A DNA stretch of 64,000 bases from Meyerozyma guilliermondii (taxonomy: Eukaryota), in NCBI GenBank assembly GCA_051546255.1, contig CP128815.1, positions 930,001 to 994,000 of the forward strand. Reading direction: 5' to 3'. The position numbers and the translations under genes are program-made. This document shows, piece after piece, positions 20,536 to 30,686 of the stretch. Position 1 is the stretch's first letter; each line of letters starts with the position of its first letter. The notes below the pieces were generated by a model, which saw only the letters and a program-made list of their open reading frames with translations, made no database searches and was not told the DNA's origin.

Positions 20536-22320
20536 TCAAGTACCCAAGAGAGATGAGACTGTGAACGTTGGGCTTCCACTTCCTTTTTCAGTATTTGACT
20601 CACTAGTGCCATCTTGCTCTTTTGAGCTGAAAAAGCAATAATTTTCCAAGAAATCTCTGTAAGACTTGGAATCCAACAGGGAAGATCCAGCTTGTCCTGT
20701 GAACCTTTCATGCGAGTCAGAATTACTTTTCAAAAACATAGGGGCAGGCTGAGGCAGTGGACTTTGTGAAGTATGCGTATTGATTGGTGGAGAAAAAAGG
20801 CTGTCAGGGGAATGCTTGAATTTATTTTCTGAGTGGCTCGATAGTGAGGTGAACATTGGAGAAGACATGTAAAAGTCATTCTTCACAAAGTCATTCACAT
20901 CTGAAGACGAGTTGTCGTTCTGATAAAAGGAGTTGGTACTACTTTCCAATTGCGGTGACGTTACTTCGAGTTTAGAATCTGACAGTCTTCTTTTGAGGTA
21001 AGAGGACGAGTATCTTGGCCTCTTTGAATGCTCTTGAATTTTAGAATTAGATTGATTTTTCAATTTTTTGGTTAGTTTGAGGTCATAATTCATAGTGTTG
21101 TTGTTATCCCAAAACTCTTTATCATCAGTAGTATATCTCACGCATAGCGAATACTTGTTCTCTTGCTCTTTCAGCGAGGAATCATTGTTATCCCGAATCC
21201 TAAAGCTGTTGAATAGGTTCTCGAGAGATACTTTAAAAGTAAATCTGTCGTAGTCATTTTGTTTAAGCACGTTGGGGCGGTCTGGGGAGTAGGTTGTGGG
21301 AATTTCAATAATGGTGCACCAATCATCGAGAGTATATCTGATAGTGACATGCTTTTCGAAGCTGATGTTTTTGACAGCAATATGACCAAGCAAGTATTTT
21401 CTGTCAACGCTTATGAAAACCCTTTCTAGAAATACGGGAGATGCTTGTTGGTGTATCTTTGTATCGTATGATATGTTGCCGAAATTCAAGAGCTTAAGCT
21501 CCCATTCAATTAGAGGCTGGTGGTGAGGGTTAGGGTACTTGGTTATGGCAGCAGGGTTGAGGTTGAATTGAGGAGCCGGCCCCAATCGAAATTCTTCATC
21601 TTCATTGTCGTCATCATCGTCATCCAATTGCACCTCCTGAAGCAGAGCGTCGATGCCGTCTAGCGCTGGAGAGTTAGAAGCGGATATTGCAGACGGGACA
21701 TCGCGTTTTTTGAAATAGCGGACGTGGTTATCACCGCCAAAATGCACCAGTTTGTAGGTTGGGGTTGTGGGCAAGGATTTTGATCTCTTGACATTTGAGT
21801 CAAAGTACCCTGGTTCTTTCAAGGAAGGTTTAACTAGTTCACCAGACTTCTTACGCACTAGCTTATACCCTATTGTTTGCGGGGTGGGCACTTCTTCGTC
21901 CACAATTTCGTCAAGTGTGTCGGTATGAATTGGAGAATTTGCAGGTTCAGGAGATTGCGATGTCGCATCGCTGCTTTCTTCACGATCGCCAGGTTCGTGG
22001 GATTTCGAGTTCCAAATGCTATTAGCTCTAGTAGGATCGACAGACTTTTCAAGCAAAGTATTGGAACGTTTTGGTTTATGCATAAACTGCATGGACATTA
22101 GTTGATCGGATGACCCGCTCGCAGGGTGATAGGTATGAGTGTTATGAAAAACATGACGATAAGAGTGAAGATGGCTCTTGTTGTCGGTGGTGGATCCCAA
22201 ATCATGGTGTTCGTGGGTATCATGTATCTTGTTATCAATAGGGTTGGCATCAATTTCCGTCGCAGCCTTAGGAGGGATTTCCTCCTTATCGCGGTGCAGT
22301 AATAATGTGGGTTCAGCCAT
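20536..22320 (-). CDS. PIG2: Glycogen-targeting PP1 (Glc7) regulatory subunit with CBM21, Pig2/Gip2-like
   Basis: LVRKKSGELVKPSLK, RVxF motif K(CTG=S)VHF, CBM21 GHIAVKNISFEKHV.IRYTLDDW...WDNNN..NY; adjacent to MET30 as PIG2 is in S. cerevisiae. Confidence 0.8.
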   Translation of the reverse strand: MAEPTLLLHRDKEEIPPKAATEIDANPIDNKIHDTHEHHDLGSTTDNKSHLHSYRHVFHNTHTYHPASGSSDQLMSMQFMHKPKRSNTLLEKSVDPTRANSIWNSKSHEPGDREESSDATSQSPEPANSPIHTDTLDEIVDEEVPTPQTIGYKLVRKKSGELVKPSLKEPGYFDSNVKRSKSLPTTPTYKLVHFGGDNHVRYFKKRDVPSAISASNSPALDGIDALLQEVQLDDDDDDNEDEEFRLGPAPQFNLNPAAITKYPNPHHQPLIEWELKLLNFGNISYDTKIHQQASPVFLERVFISVDRKYLLGHIAVKNISFEKHVTIRYTLDDWCTIIEIPTTYSPDRPNVLKQNDYDRFTFKVSLENLFNSFRIRDNNDSSLKEQENKYSLCVRYTTDDKEFWDNNNTMNYDLKLTKKLKNQSNSKIQEHSKRPRYSSSYLKRRLSDSKLEVTSPQLESSTNSFYQNDNSSSDVNDFVKNDFYMSSPMFTSLSSHSENKFKHSPDSLFSPPINTHTSQSPLPQPAPMFLKSNSDSHERFTGQAGSSLLDSKSYRDFLENYCFFSSKEQDGTSESNTEKGSGSPTFTVSSLLGT

Positions 22321-23016
22321 CAAGATTCGGGTTTATAAACGGAGGTATAAGCAGAAGTCACGTAGTAGCAAATGACAGCTGTTTCTTATTTGCTGTTTCT
22401 GCTACACGTTCCGAAGAGGGAAAACCTTCGCAATATCCAAGCTCTTGAATTTGTTGGCTCCGCTTGGTTCGTGGAGTGGACCCTTATGCACGGTGTATTG
22501 ATGTAGTGTTCAGGCGACCGAATCGGGATAATATCGCGACTGTGCCCAGTGGTTACGATGGACCGTTGGGTGATTTAAAATGTGAGAAAAATCGTGTTAA
22601 TGTGGCAATAATATATGACGATGCGAACGTTTGCAGAATCTGGTGGTTTTTTCTCGAGATTGCTGCGTTTCTGCATGCCAATGCATACATGATCCCATGC
22701 ATACATAATCCTCCACATATAAAAATGAGGGTATTATTGGGGAAATTATATCCGCGCAATCCGACAACCCTACACCACGGGCTGTACCTCGTGTTATCCT
22801 TGGGTATGTTGGTAACCCTCAATTGAATAGTTATGACTGATTGATGTATATTCACCGTGTTTTTGTGTATTTTTTACGAGTAATTACACACCATAACCCA
22901 TATTGTTGCTTGTTTAACATTAGGGCCTGCGGCTCAGGTAATCTTGCAGGGTGCTGCATGTACCCTGGGGCTCGCACGCAGCTCGCAGCCTATTGTATGG
23001 CTGCAAATTTTTGCAC

Positions 23017-24984
23017 CTAAAACGTTATATCCGTAATAAGGTTGTAACAACTTCCAAATGAATAACAAACAGCTCCCCCTCCAACTATGGTGAGCTTGTC
23101 CTTGCTGGGCACCAAACTGAATCCTATAAGCATTGGAGCGTAATCTTTCCAAAATTGCTCTTCTATAGGCACTTCATAAATTTCCTTGGAAGTGAGGTCT
23201 ACCTTGATGATACTGTCTTTTTCGCCAAGACACTTGACAGTACTGGCACCGCCGATAATGTATAGTGTTTTCAGTGTGAGGTGGAGCTGGCATCCTATTC
23301 TTTTAAAGGCATCATTATGGGTAACTTTCTTGATACGGACTGTATCGTTCTCAAGCTCAAATTGGTAGATGAAATCCCTCACGTTTGGAATATCATGATC
23401 AGAAACTCCGCCAACAATATATCCAACATTTTCTGATTCATCGTAAGCAATTCCACTGCTCGAAAAATTAATATGCTCTCCAACGATACTTAACTTTTGC
23501 ACCTTTCCAGTACAAGTGTCAAGAATCTCAAATGCATTTTCAATCTTATCTGCTCCACCAAAAACAAGAACTTGTGTCAGGTTTATTCTGACGGAAGAAT
23601 GTCGTGCTCTGGGACTCTGCAAGTTGTCTAATTTTCTCCATTCATCATTTGAGAAAGCATAGCAGTCCGAGTATAAGTCTCCAGGCCGTCCTCTTCCACC
23701 TATCAAAATGGCCATGTCCTTCACTTGCGTGAGTGTATGGCACATTCTTGCCTCTGGAATATTTCCTTTGACATCAAGTTCGTCAATTCCGGTTTCGGAA
23801 ACGGCCAAAAATCTGTTGGTTCTGGTCTGTTCTGAACCACCAAATACCACAATGTTTTTGTCATATCTGCAAGATGCTGAGAATTTTAGCTGCATTTGTT
23901 CAATATCTTTTCTAACAGACATTTTTGCCTTGATACTGTCTTCCTTCAAAGTCTGAAGTGGTGGGTTTTGTGGATATATCATTTGGTCCATATTAGATGA
24001 GTGGACAACGACATAATGCTGGCAGAAAACGATAAACTCTTCCCATTCATCAAAGGGTTCAATGGTGGAAACCTTGCGTTTCATCTCGTCGTCGACTAGA
24101 TACAGCCAATTTTCAAAGAGATCCTGGATTTCTGCGTAGGGAAAGTACTGTTTGAATCTGCTGAGCTGATGTTCTTTGGTAGGGTACGTCTGGACACACT
24201 GTAATGGTGATCTTAAATGACTAAAATGATACAACATCTTCTTCGCGAACAGGTGGTATTCACCACAGGGAAGGATCTGTTCCAATATCAAAAAGTGGGA
24301 ATTTGGTACTTTGCTCGAAAGCTCTATTACAGGATTGGCATGTTCTGGTTTCATATATGCCAATGAAACCTCAGCAACAAAGATGGCGACTTTGCTGTCG
24401 TCTAGAAGCAGGGAAAGCTGCTTGGCATACAATTTATGGTCTTTCAAGTCACAGGCAACTATCTTGTACTTGTCACTAGAAAAGAGAACTCCAAGAGATT
24501 TGTCGGTTTCAATTTCATCGCCCAATAATGAGAGAATCTCTGGCGAATTTTTGACCATGCTAACTTTTCTCTCGAGGAGATCAGGATAGTCGAAGTCAAG
24601 AAACGAGACGTTGTTATGTTTCTTTTCGGCGAGTAATTGGAACGGTAATGGATCATAGCCACATCCAAGATTCACAATGCATATTTCTTTCGTAGGATTC
24701 ATTTTGATGATTCTCGTAATCATAGACTTTATCGACTCCATACGTATCCAGTACCCTCTATTAATAGCCGGTGATCTCCTTTTTGCATTTTTCACAAAGA
24801 ATTTGAACCATTCGCCGGCTTGTGGATCCAACTTGGAAGTGTAAAGCATCTCCACAGATCTCTTGGACACTATCGATGAATTGTTTGTTCCCTGGACCTG
24901 GATATCATCATACTGCTTTCTTCGCCTATCCTTTTCTATCTTTTTTCTTTGTCTCGCCTGCTGGTTTGCTAGTTTGGGGTCCAT
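23017..24984 (-). CDS. PPM2: tRNA wybutosine-synthesis methyltransferase Tyw4 (LCM domain + kelch repeats)
   Basis: VQGTNNSSIVSKRSVE, RRSPAINRGYWIR, VNLGCGYD, FDEWEEF..FCQHY, C-terminal GGGAVCYSFG. Confidence 0.95.
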   Translation of the reverse strand: MDPKLANQQARQRKKIEKDRRRKQYDDIQVQGTNNSSIVSKRSVEMLYTSKLDPQAGEWFKFFVKNAKRRSPAINRGYWIRMESIKSMITRIIKMNPTKEICIVNLGCGYDPLPFQLLAEKKHNNVSFLDFDYPDLLERKVSMVKNSPEILSLLGDEIETDKSLGVLFSSDKYKIVACDLKDHKLYAKQLSLLLDDSKVAIFVAEVSLAYMKPEHANPVIELSSKVPNSHFLILEQILPCGEYHLFAKKMLYHFSHLRSPLQCVQTYPTKEHQLSRFKQYFPYAEIQDLFENWLYLVDDEMKRKVSTIEPFDEWEEFIVFCQHYVVVHSSNMDQMIYPQNPPLQTLKEDSIKAKMSVRKDIEQMQLKFSASCRYDKNIVVFGGSEQTRTNRFLAVSETGIDELDVKGNIPEARMCHTLTQVKDMAILIGGRGRPGDLYSDCYAFSNDEWRKLDNLQSPRARHSSVRINLTQVLVFGGADKIENAFEILDTCTGKVQKLSIVGEHINFSSSGIAYDESENVGYIVGGVSDHDIPNVRDFIYQFELENDTVRIKKVTHNDAFKRIGCQLHLTLKTLYIIGGASTVKCLGEKDSIIKVDLTSKEIYEVPIEEQFWKDYAPMLIGFSLVPSKDKLTIVGGGAVCYSFGSCYNLITDITF

Positions 24985-25077
24985 TGTATATTCAGGTGAT
25001 TTCGTTGAGATGAGATGCGGTGCGACATCAACGGGTGCGGCTTACAGTGCTAGTGTACATTGATATTTATATGCGGG

Positions 25078-25827
25078 CTACAAGCCCTTGAATGCTTCTT
25101 TGAGCTGGCGATCGAAATCCTCGGGGGCAGACTTGGCACAGTTTTTGATATACCTCGATGCGGCCAATGTAGTCTTCATATCGTGGATCATGGTGGCCTC
25201 GTCTTGGTCTTCATTGACCACATCGACGAGACCCTCACCACATTTGATCCATATCTTGCCATTTATACCTATAGCAATCTCAAATTTACATTTGGAAGAG
25301 AGTTTCTCCAAAATGGGTGAGTTGTGGCTGAACAATAAGTCTCGAGCATAATGCAAGTTCACCTCGAAAATGAGGCCACTTTCACTTAATACACCAAAAC
25401 CACCCTCCTTACCAGATGAGTCCATACATTCTATTTCACTCTCTATCTCAGACATGGCTTTGGTTACCCTGGCATAAACAGCCTGACCATTTTTGAGATT
25501 GGGACGGTTCTTTTTATTGGCATTGGGAAAGGCCATCATCGATAACAGCACACTAGACGAGAAACCCTGTAACGAAACTTTGTACGCTTCACCTATAACC
25601 CCGGTGACTATTCCTATGACAAAATCATTCACTTGTGGGATGTAACGTTTGGAATTCGAGTCGACATAAAGAAGACGATTGGTACCTTGTTTATTAATTT
25701 TGTCATGTACGATACCAGCAGACACTGGAACCACATTATCGGTGATGGGTTGTCTATAAAAACCAGGTCCGATTGTTGTTTTGACCTCGTTGGGCGGAAT
25801 ATGATCTCCTGGTATTATAACTGACAT
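25078..25827 (-). CDS. RRP40: Exosome cap subunit Rrp40
   Basis: RYIPQVNDFVIG, AFPNANKKNRPNL, FEIAIGINGKIW; start at MSVIIPGD (ATG 25827). Confidence 0.95.
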   Translation of the reverse strand: MSVIIPGDHIPPNEVKTTIGPGFYRQPITDNVVPVSAGIVHDKINKQGTNRLLYVDSNSKRYIPQVNDFVIGIVTGVIGEAYKVSLQGFSSSVLLSMMAFPNANKKNRPNLKNGQAVYARVTKAMSEIESEIECMDSSGKEGGFGVLSESGLIFEVNLHYARDLLFSHNSPILEKLSSKCKFEIAIGINGKIWIKCGEGLVDVVNEDQDEATMIHDMKTTLAASRYIKNCAKSAPEDFDRQLKEAFKGL

Positions 25828-25842
25828 GAAGAGTGAAGAGGT

Positions 25843-25850
25843 CTCATCGC
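25843..25850 (-). promoter_or_regulatory. PAC element upstream of RRP40
   Basis: CTCATCGC (GCGATGAG on minus strand) ~15 nt before the ATG of a ribosome-biogenesis gene. Confidence 0.6.
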
Positions 25851-25953
25851 GCGCGCTATCAAATATCAACGCCCAGACATCATCATGTTTGGCAAGTTAT
25901 ATATATAGTACACGGTATTTAAATTACTTAATGCTTTTGGTAGTCGCTGGTTG

Positions 25954-28068
25954 CTAGCCGGAAAAGATGAATCTCTTGTCAGTGCAATACTCTTTCACGT
26001 CGGTGATTTCAAGGAAAGTTCGATCGGTTGATGGCCGGTATGGAGGAGGACGATAATCTGGAAGTAGCAACATGGTTTCGTAATCGTATTGAATTACTGA
26101 TTTCTTGTTGAAGAAGTCAACGGTCTCGATGTTACGTGAGTATATTTCAGGGGTAGTGACATGTTCGTCATCATGACAGAATGAAGCAACATTTTGTCGA
26201 ACACCAATCTTTGCTTTTGGAGGGTAATGGCTGGGTCTTATCAATGTGGTGTTGAAGTTGGTAATAGGCACCTCCATCGTGTGTTCGAATCGTCTCGATC
26301 TCAAGCGATTCTTCTTGTTTTCTTCCGTAATCAGCACCTTGATAGATGCTGGTAATGCTTCATAGAATCCATAGCGCCGTCTGAAAAATGCAAAGAGACG
26401 CATAGAGTAATAGTTGTGTTTCTGGATGAGATTTCCATTGATGTCTGGTGGGTAGCATGAGTTTTGAGGTCGGGGGGTCATAATATGCTTAACAGCATAA
26501 AATTGTCTTCTGGGCGCCGAAAATGAAAAATTGAACAAATACTTGCATGCTGGAAACACAGAATCAAGTGCAACCGATATTGAAATGTAGTACATGTAAA
26601 GGGTGGTGGAAATGTCTTTCAAATATGCAGTTTCATCATCGGCATCTGGTTGATATCGAGGGTAGTGGGTCATGCTCTCTGGTGGGACGATTCTTGACCA
26701 GTTACTAGCAAGTTGGAATATAAGTTCTGGAGGATATGTCAGAACGTAGTCCTCGTTTCGTGACGAAATAATGATAGGTAATAATTGGTGTTCCAAGAAC
26801 TTTGTCAAACTGTTATATTGTCCCTTGTACCGTTGAAACCTATTCTTGTTGATCTCTGTTGAAAATTTGAACGAGTGATTATTGTAGAGTGAGTGGAGTT
26901 CCACCAAGTTTGAATACACCTCGTAAAGAAACGTGGGCCAATATGAAGGGATTTTGATTGACAGCATAGCGTTTGTGAGGGTTTCTGATTGTTGGTGGAC
27001 AAATTCGATTTCCTTTAGTGAATGACTCTGTAAATAGTTCGTGGCCACCTCGAGAATGTTCACGATAAAGGCTTGTGATTCAAGGAAAGATTCCAAGGAA
27101 TAATTGAGCATTACGCCCGAAAGCATGTGGCTCACGGCAGTTGAGTAGATAGCACTACTTATGAACTCCATTCTGGACTTTGGTGCATCCCGAAGCTTTT
27201 CCCAACTATTATATTTCATCGCCTTTTCCATTTGAGAAAGCAAATTTACCCATCGTTCATGGCAATTTCGTTCGAATGCCGATTTGGATGCTGCTGCCTG
27301 GCTGGTCAAGCTCTTGTGTTCTCGTTTCTGGTTGAATGCATTGAGAGCAATTGATTGGCCCATGCAAATTTGAGATTCAACTATAATGTCAATCATGCCG
27401 TCTTTTGATTTGAGGTCTTTAAAGAATGGATTGAGGTGGTCCAATAATCCGGAGTCGTAGCCTACAAGCAGAGACTCCAAATTTGTGCTTGATTTGGGAT
27501 TTTGAGCAATCGAATCCGCTAAGCCAGACCGGTGGAGTGTGAATGATTTTTTGAATGTGATCCCATTGGGTAATGCTGACGACGTAGTTTCGGTTCGTGG
27601 TGAATCTTCATTAACAAAATCGCTCTCGTAAACCACCTTGAACTCGTGGGCAAAATCGTTCATGGACACATTGCTAAAATGTATCGGCGGATACATCACT
27701 GGAGGAATACGTAAAGGAAGGTCCAACAATTCAAATTTAAACTCGAGTGATGAATCCTCAACATTTGTCGAAAGAGGAGCCGCTTTTGTCTCCGGCTTAG
27801 CTCTGGTGGTGGAAGCTGGAAGTCTATAATCTTGAGTGAGTAGCTTGTTATGACTGTTACGAAGGGAATGAGTGAGCTTTATCTTGTTGATTTCACCCTT
27901 TGATAAGCTAAGATAGGAACAAGTTTCCCGTCGACTCTTTACACAGTTGTCACATTGAGGGAGATTTTCGTCACAACGGATCTTTTTTCTTTTGCAGTTC
28001 AGACACCCGAGTTTGGAGTTGGTATGCCGCCTTCTAACCCCGGTCATTTGACGTTGTCGATTGGGCAT
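25954..28068 (-). CDS. Zn(II)2Cys6 transcription factor, specificity unknown
   Basis: N-terminal RRRHTNSKLG-CLNCKRKKIRCDENLPQCDNCVKSRRETC six-Cys cluster; 704 aa. Confidence 0.9.
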   Translation of the reverse strand: MPNRQRQMTGVRRRHTNSKLGCLNCKRKKIRCDENLPQCDNCVKSRRETCSYLSLSKGEINKIKLTHSLRNSHNKLLTQDYRLPASTTRAKPETKAAPLSTNVEDSSLEFKFELLDLPLRIPPVMYPPIHFSNVSMNDFAHEFKVVYESDFVNEDSPRTETTSSALPNGITFKKSFTLHRSGLADSIAQNPKSSTNLESLLVGYDSGLLDHLNPFFKDLKSKDGMIDIIVESQICMGQSIALNAFNQKREHKSLTSQAAASKSAFERNCHERWVNLLSQMEKAMKYNSWEKLRDAPKSRMEFISSAIYSTAVSHMLSGVMLNYSLESFLESQAFIVNILEVATNYLQSHSLKEIEFVHQQSETLTNAMLSIKIPSYWPTFLYEVYSNLVELHSLYNNHSFKFSTEINKNRFQRYKGQYNSLTKFLEHQLLPIIISSRNEDYVLTYPPELIFQLASNWSRIVPPESMTHYPRYQPDADDETAYLKDISTTLYMYYISISVALDSVFPACKYLFNFSFSAPRRQFYAVKHIMTPRPQNSCYPPDINGNLIQKHNYYSMRLFAFFRRRYGFYEALPASIKVLITEENKKNRLRSRRFEHTMEVPITNFNTTLIRPSHYPPKAKIGVRQNVASFCHDDEHVTTPEIYSRNIETVDFFNKKSVIQYDYETMLLLPDYRPPPYRPSTDRTFLEITDVKEYCTDKRFIFSG

Positions 28069-29782
28069 GATTCTTTAACAAACAAAAATTACGATGGTTG
28101 AAGAAAAAAAAGATTTGATACCTCAAACACACAACTTTGGAACATTAAAGATCGGAGGTTTGTTTTCGCGGGTGAATTACTAAGTAAAATCTCTTGTACC
28201 AACGAGGACGAGGTCCAGAACCGTGGTTGATTGTTTCTCATCGGTGCGAATATGCTTGTACTATTATAACCACCGGCGGTTGTCTGCAGGATATTATGCA
28301 GCATGATGCGGCACCTATCCGCGGAAAACCTAATATGCATATTGGCGCAAAACCCTAGAAAATATCCGCGCAGCATAGTAAGGACTTGGAAGTGGTCGTT
28401 GTGGTCATAATCGGGAATAATACCTTGAGAGATAAACCTATTTGGGCTTTTTTGGAAATTCAACGGCCGGTCTATCGCCAAAATTACCTCGGTTGCACCG
28501 ATTTGCTGCAAAAATCGGCCCATCAACAATTTGATTGAAAACGTTGTGGTGGCTTCTTTCGGGTGGCGATCTATCGCCCGGTGTCGCAGTTACGGACACA
28601 AATACGGGACACAAATACGTCATAGTGTTGAGACACGGTTGCCATTGCTAAAAATAGTTGTGCTCGATTATTGTTGAACGGTTCGATCGAAACGCTATTG
28701 ATGCACTAGGGTTAAAATTTAGGCCGGGATTTTGGCTTGTGCAAATCGTGGTGCATTACACAAGGAGTAAAACCATTTTTCTTGCGTTGGTTGCATTGCG
28801 AGACACGAAATGCGGGTCAAGATAATACCTTGAAAAATTATTGAAATCCGAGGTATTATTAACGTCTCCTCTAACAACAAGTGAGGCTCACCGTAGTTGT
28901 TCCGGATACAGATTTTTGCTCGGATATGACCATGCAATGGCGCTTAAGTTGAGAAAAAAATGGAATTTCCCCGAGGTATTCGATACAAAATAGCAGCCAC
29001 CAAGTTGGTTATCAAAGTCGCGAATATAACAGCTTGGGCCTGAGCCATTTGCGCTCAATTACATTGTTTTGTAATTGGGAAATTTGATCAAACTTAACGC
29101 GGGGAACAAATGGTCACTCAGTCACCCTGCAAGACACTAGATCTTTGTACATTGTTGATGAGATTGGCTCATAAAGTTGCCCATATAGGGCTATTCAGAT
29201 CACAGTTTAAAATAGCAAGTATACTCAGCCACAGCTAAATAATTTTTGATGTTTGTAAGGGTCCTTATTTAGCCGCTGCGCATAAACTGTCTCCCATTTA
29301 AGATATAATTCGTAGGCATAATTGACAGACAATGAAGGACATCTTATTAATCATTGCATATTTGGATTTCAGAAGTAGATCCGGCCGTTGTTTTACGGTT
29401 CAGTCGAACGCAAATGGATGAACCGATTTCGTCAAAAAGAGTTAACGATGAAGATGCGTTCCTCGTAATTTTGCAGGAGGAAGTGCATAATTATTCATCA
29501 CAAGCCACTGTAAGGCTTCATTATCGGCAAGAGTCGCGTATTTGGTTCCACGTTTTAATTCGTAATCCAGGTTACAGATGATTTGTGATGTTCTTACAAC
29601 TGGCTCGCTGGTGTTGGGTTGTGGCTGGTGCACCAGGTGTCTCCGCTTGCGATCACGAGTTTACAAGTTACAACATAACCACCCCACCAATTTAACTTTC
29701 ATATTTAACTTTGGTCCCTATTCACGTCCCAAACCCTTTGTACTTGTCCTGCTCTTACACATAGTTGCTTGAGGTGGTCAAT

Positions 29783-30559
29783 ATGTCTCATCCAGCAGCA
29801 AGTGTGAAATCGATTTACAGTGGTAAGGTCAACCTTGATCGTGAAGGTATGGACCCTTATGGATATGATGAAGATATGGATGATATACACGATAAGATAG
29901 AATCCCCCAGCAGCCATGTTTCAAATCTCAGCGTGAGTTCTCGTAATCTTCGCACTTTGAATGACACCATGGTGCAACCTCCCAATAACAAACTAATGTA
30001 TAAACAAGATTCGTCGACTAATATTTCGATAGCGTCGTCCTCTAGTGACTACCAAAACAACGTTAACGATTTAAACGATGTCACCAACTTAAGTGTTGAT
30101 ATTACCAGTGATACTAGCAGTCCCGCCGGTATGGACCGCAATCAAGAAACAGTTCAGTTTGAAGGATCTCGACCAATGTCGAGAAATTCGACTACATCAT
30201 GCTTATCCACCACTGCCACCAAAGATGGCGTTGAAGGAAAACGATTCCACCGGTATGGACCCTCGCCGTATTCAGCAGCCATTATACAGAACATGATTCA
30301 AACTCATAATCTTCAGGAGGATTATTCGCCCAGTTATGCGGCAAAACCCCAGCTTTCCGGTACACCGGGGTATGGAATACCTTTCTCTCCTAGTGTTGCT
30401 GACCTGAACAACATGAGCCTGGTTTCTTTACAAACCACCAATGCAGAATTTGATGGAGAACCTGGGGAAAGAAGAATGATTCAAATCGAGGAATACTCGA
30501 ATTCCGTCCCTCCTGTATCCCTTAAAGAGAAGATAAACCTACTCGATAATGACCGATAA
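29783..30559 (+). CDS. Uncharacterised, largely disordered Ser-rich protein (258 aa)
   Basis: Long ORF with ATG at 29783; low-complexity S/N/D composition; no recognised domain. Confidence 0.75.
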   Translation: MSHPAASVKSIYSGKVNLDREGMDPYGYDEDMDDIHDKIESPSSHVSNLSVSSRNLRTLNDTMVQPPNNKLMYKQDSSTNISIASSSSDYQNNVNDLNDVTNLSVDITSDTSSPAGMDRNQETVQFEGSRPMSRNSTTSCLSTTATKDGVEGKRFHRYGPSPYSAAIIQNMIQTHNLQEDYSPSYAAKPQLSGTPGYGIPFSPSVADLNNMSLVSLQTTNAEFDGEPGERRMIQIEEYSNSVPPVSLKEKINLLDNDR

Positions 30560-30686
30560 TGACCTGTGACTTAGTAATTGATGTGCTTTTAGCCAGTATC
30601 TTGTAAGAATCTCTTGATAGTGGGTGCACTGGGTGATTTGTACCTATATTCAATTTTTCACCACCAGTGAGCTTTACAATAACACC

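Noticed and set aside
22464..22855. Overlapping 120-aa and 100-aa intergenic ORFs
   Set aside because: Non-ATG starts, no motifs, located in promoter DNA.
28680..28690. GGTTCGATC T-loop-like motif
   Set aside because: No cloverleaf in the flanks.
28089..29772. Several 60-146-aa ORFs in the long intergenic region
   Set aside because: Random-looking composition, mostly non-ATG starts; no LTR or transposon hallmarks seen.
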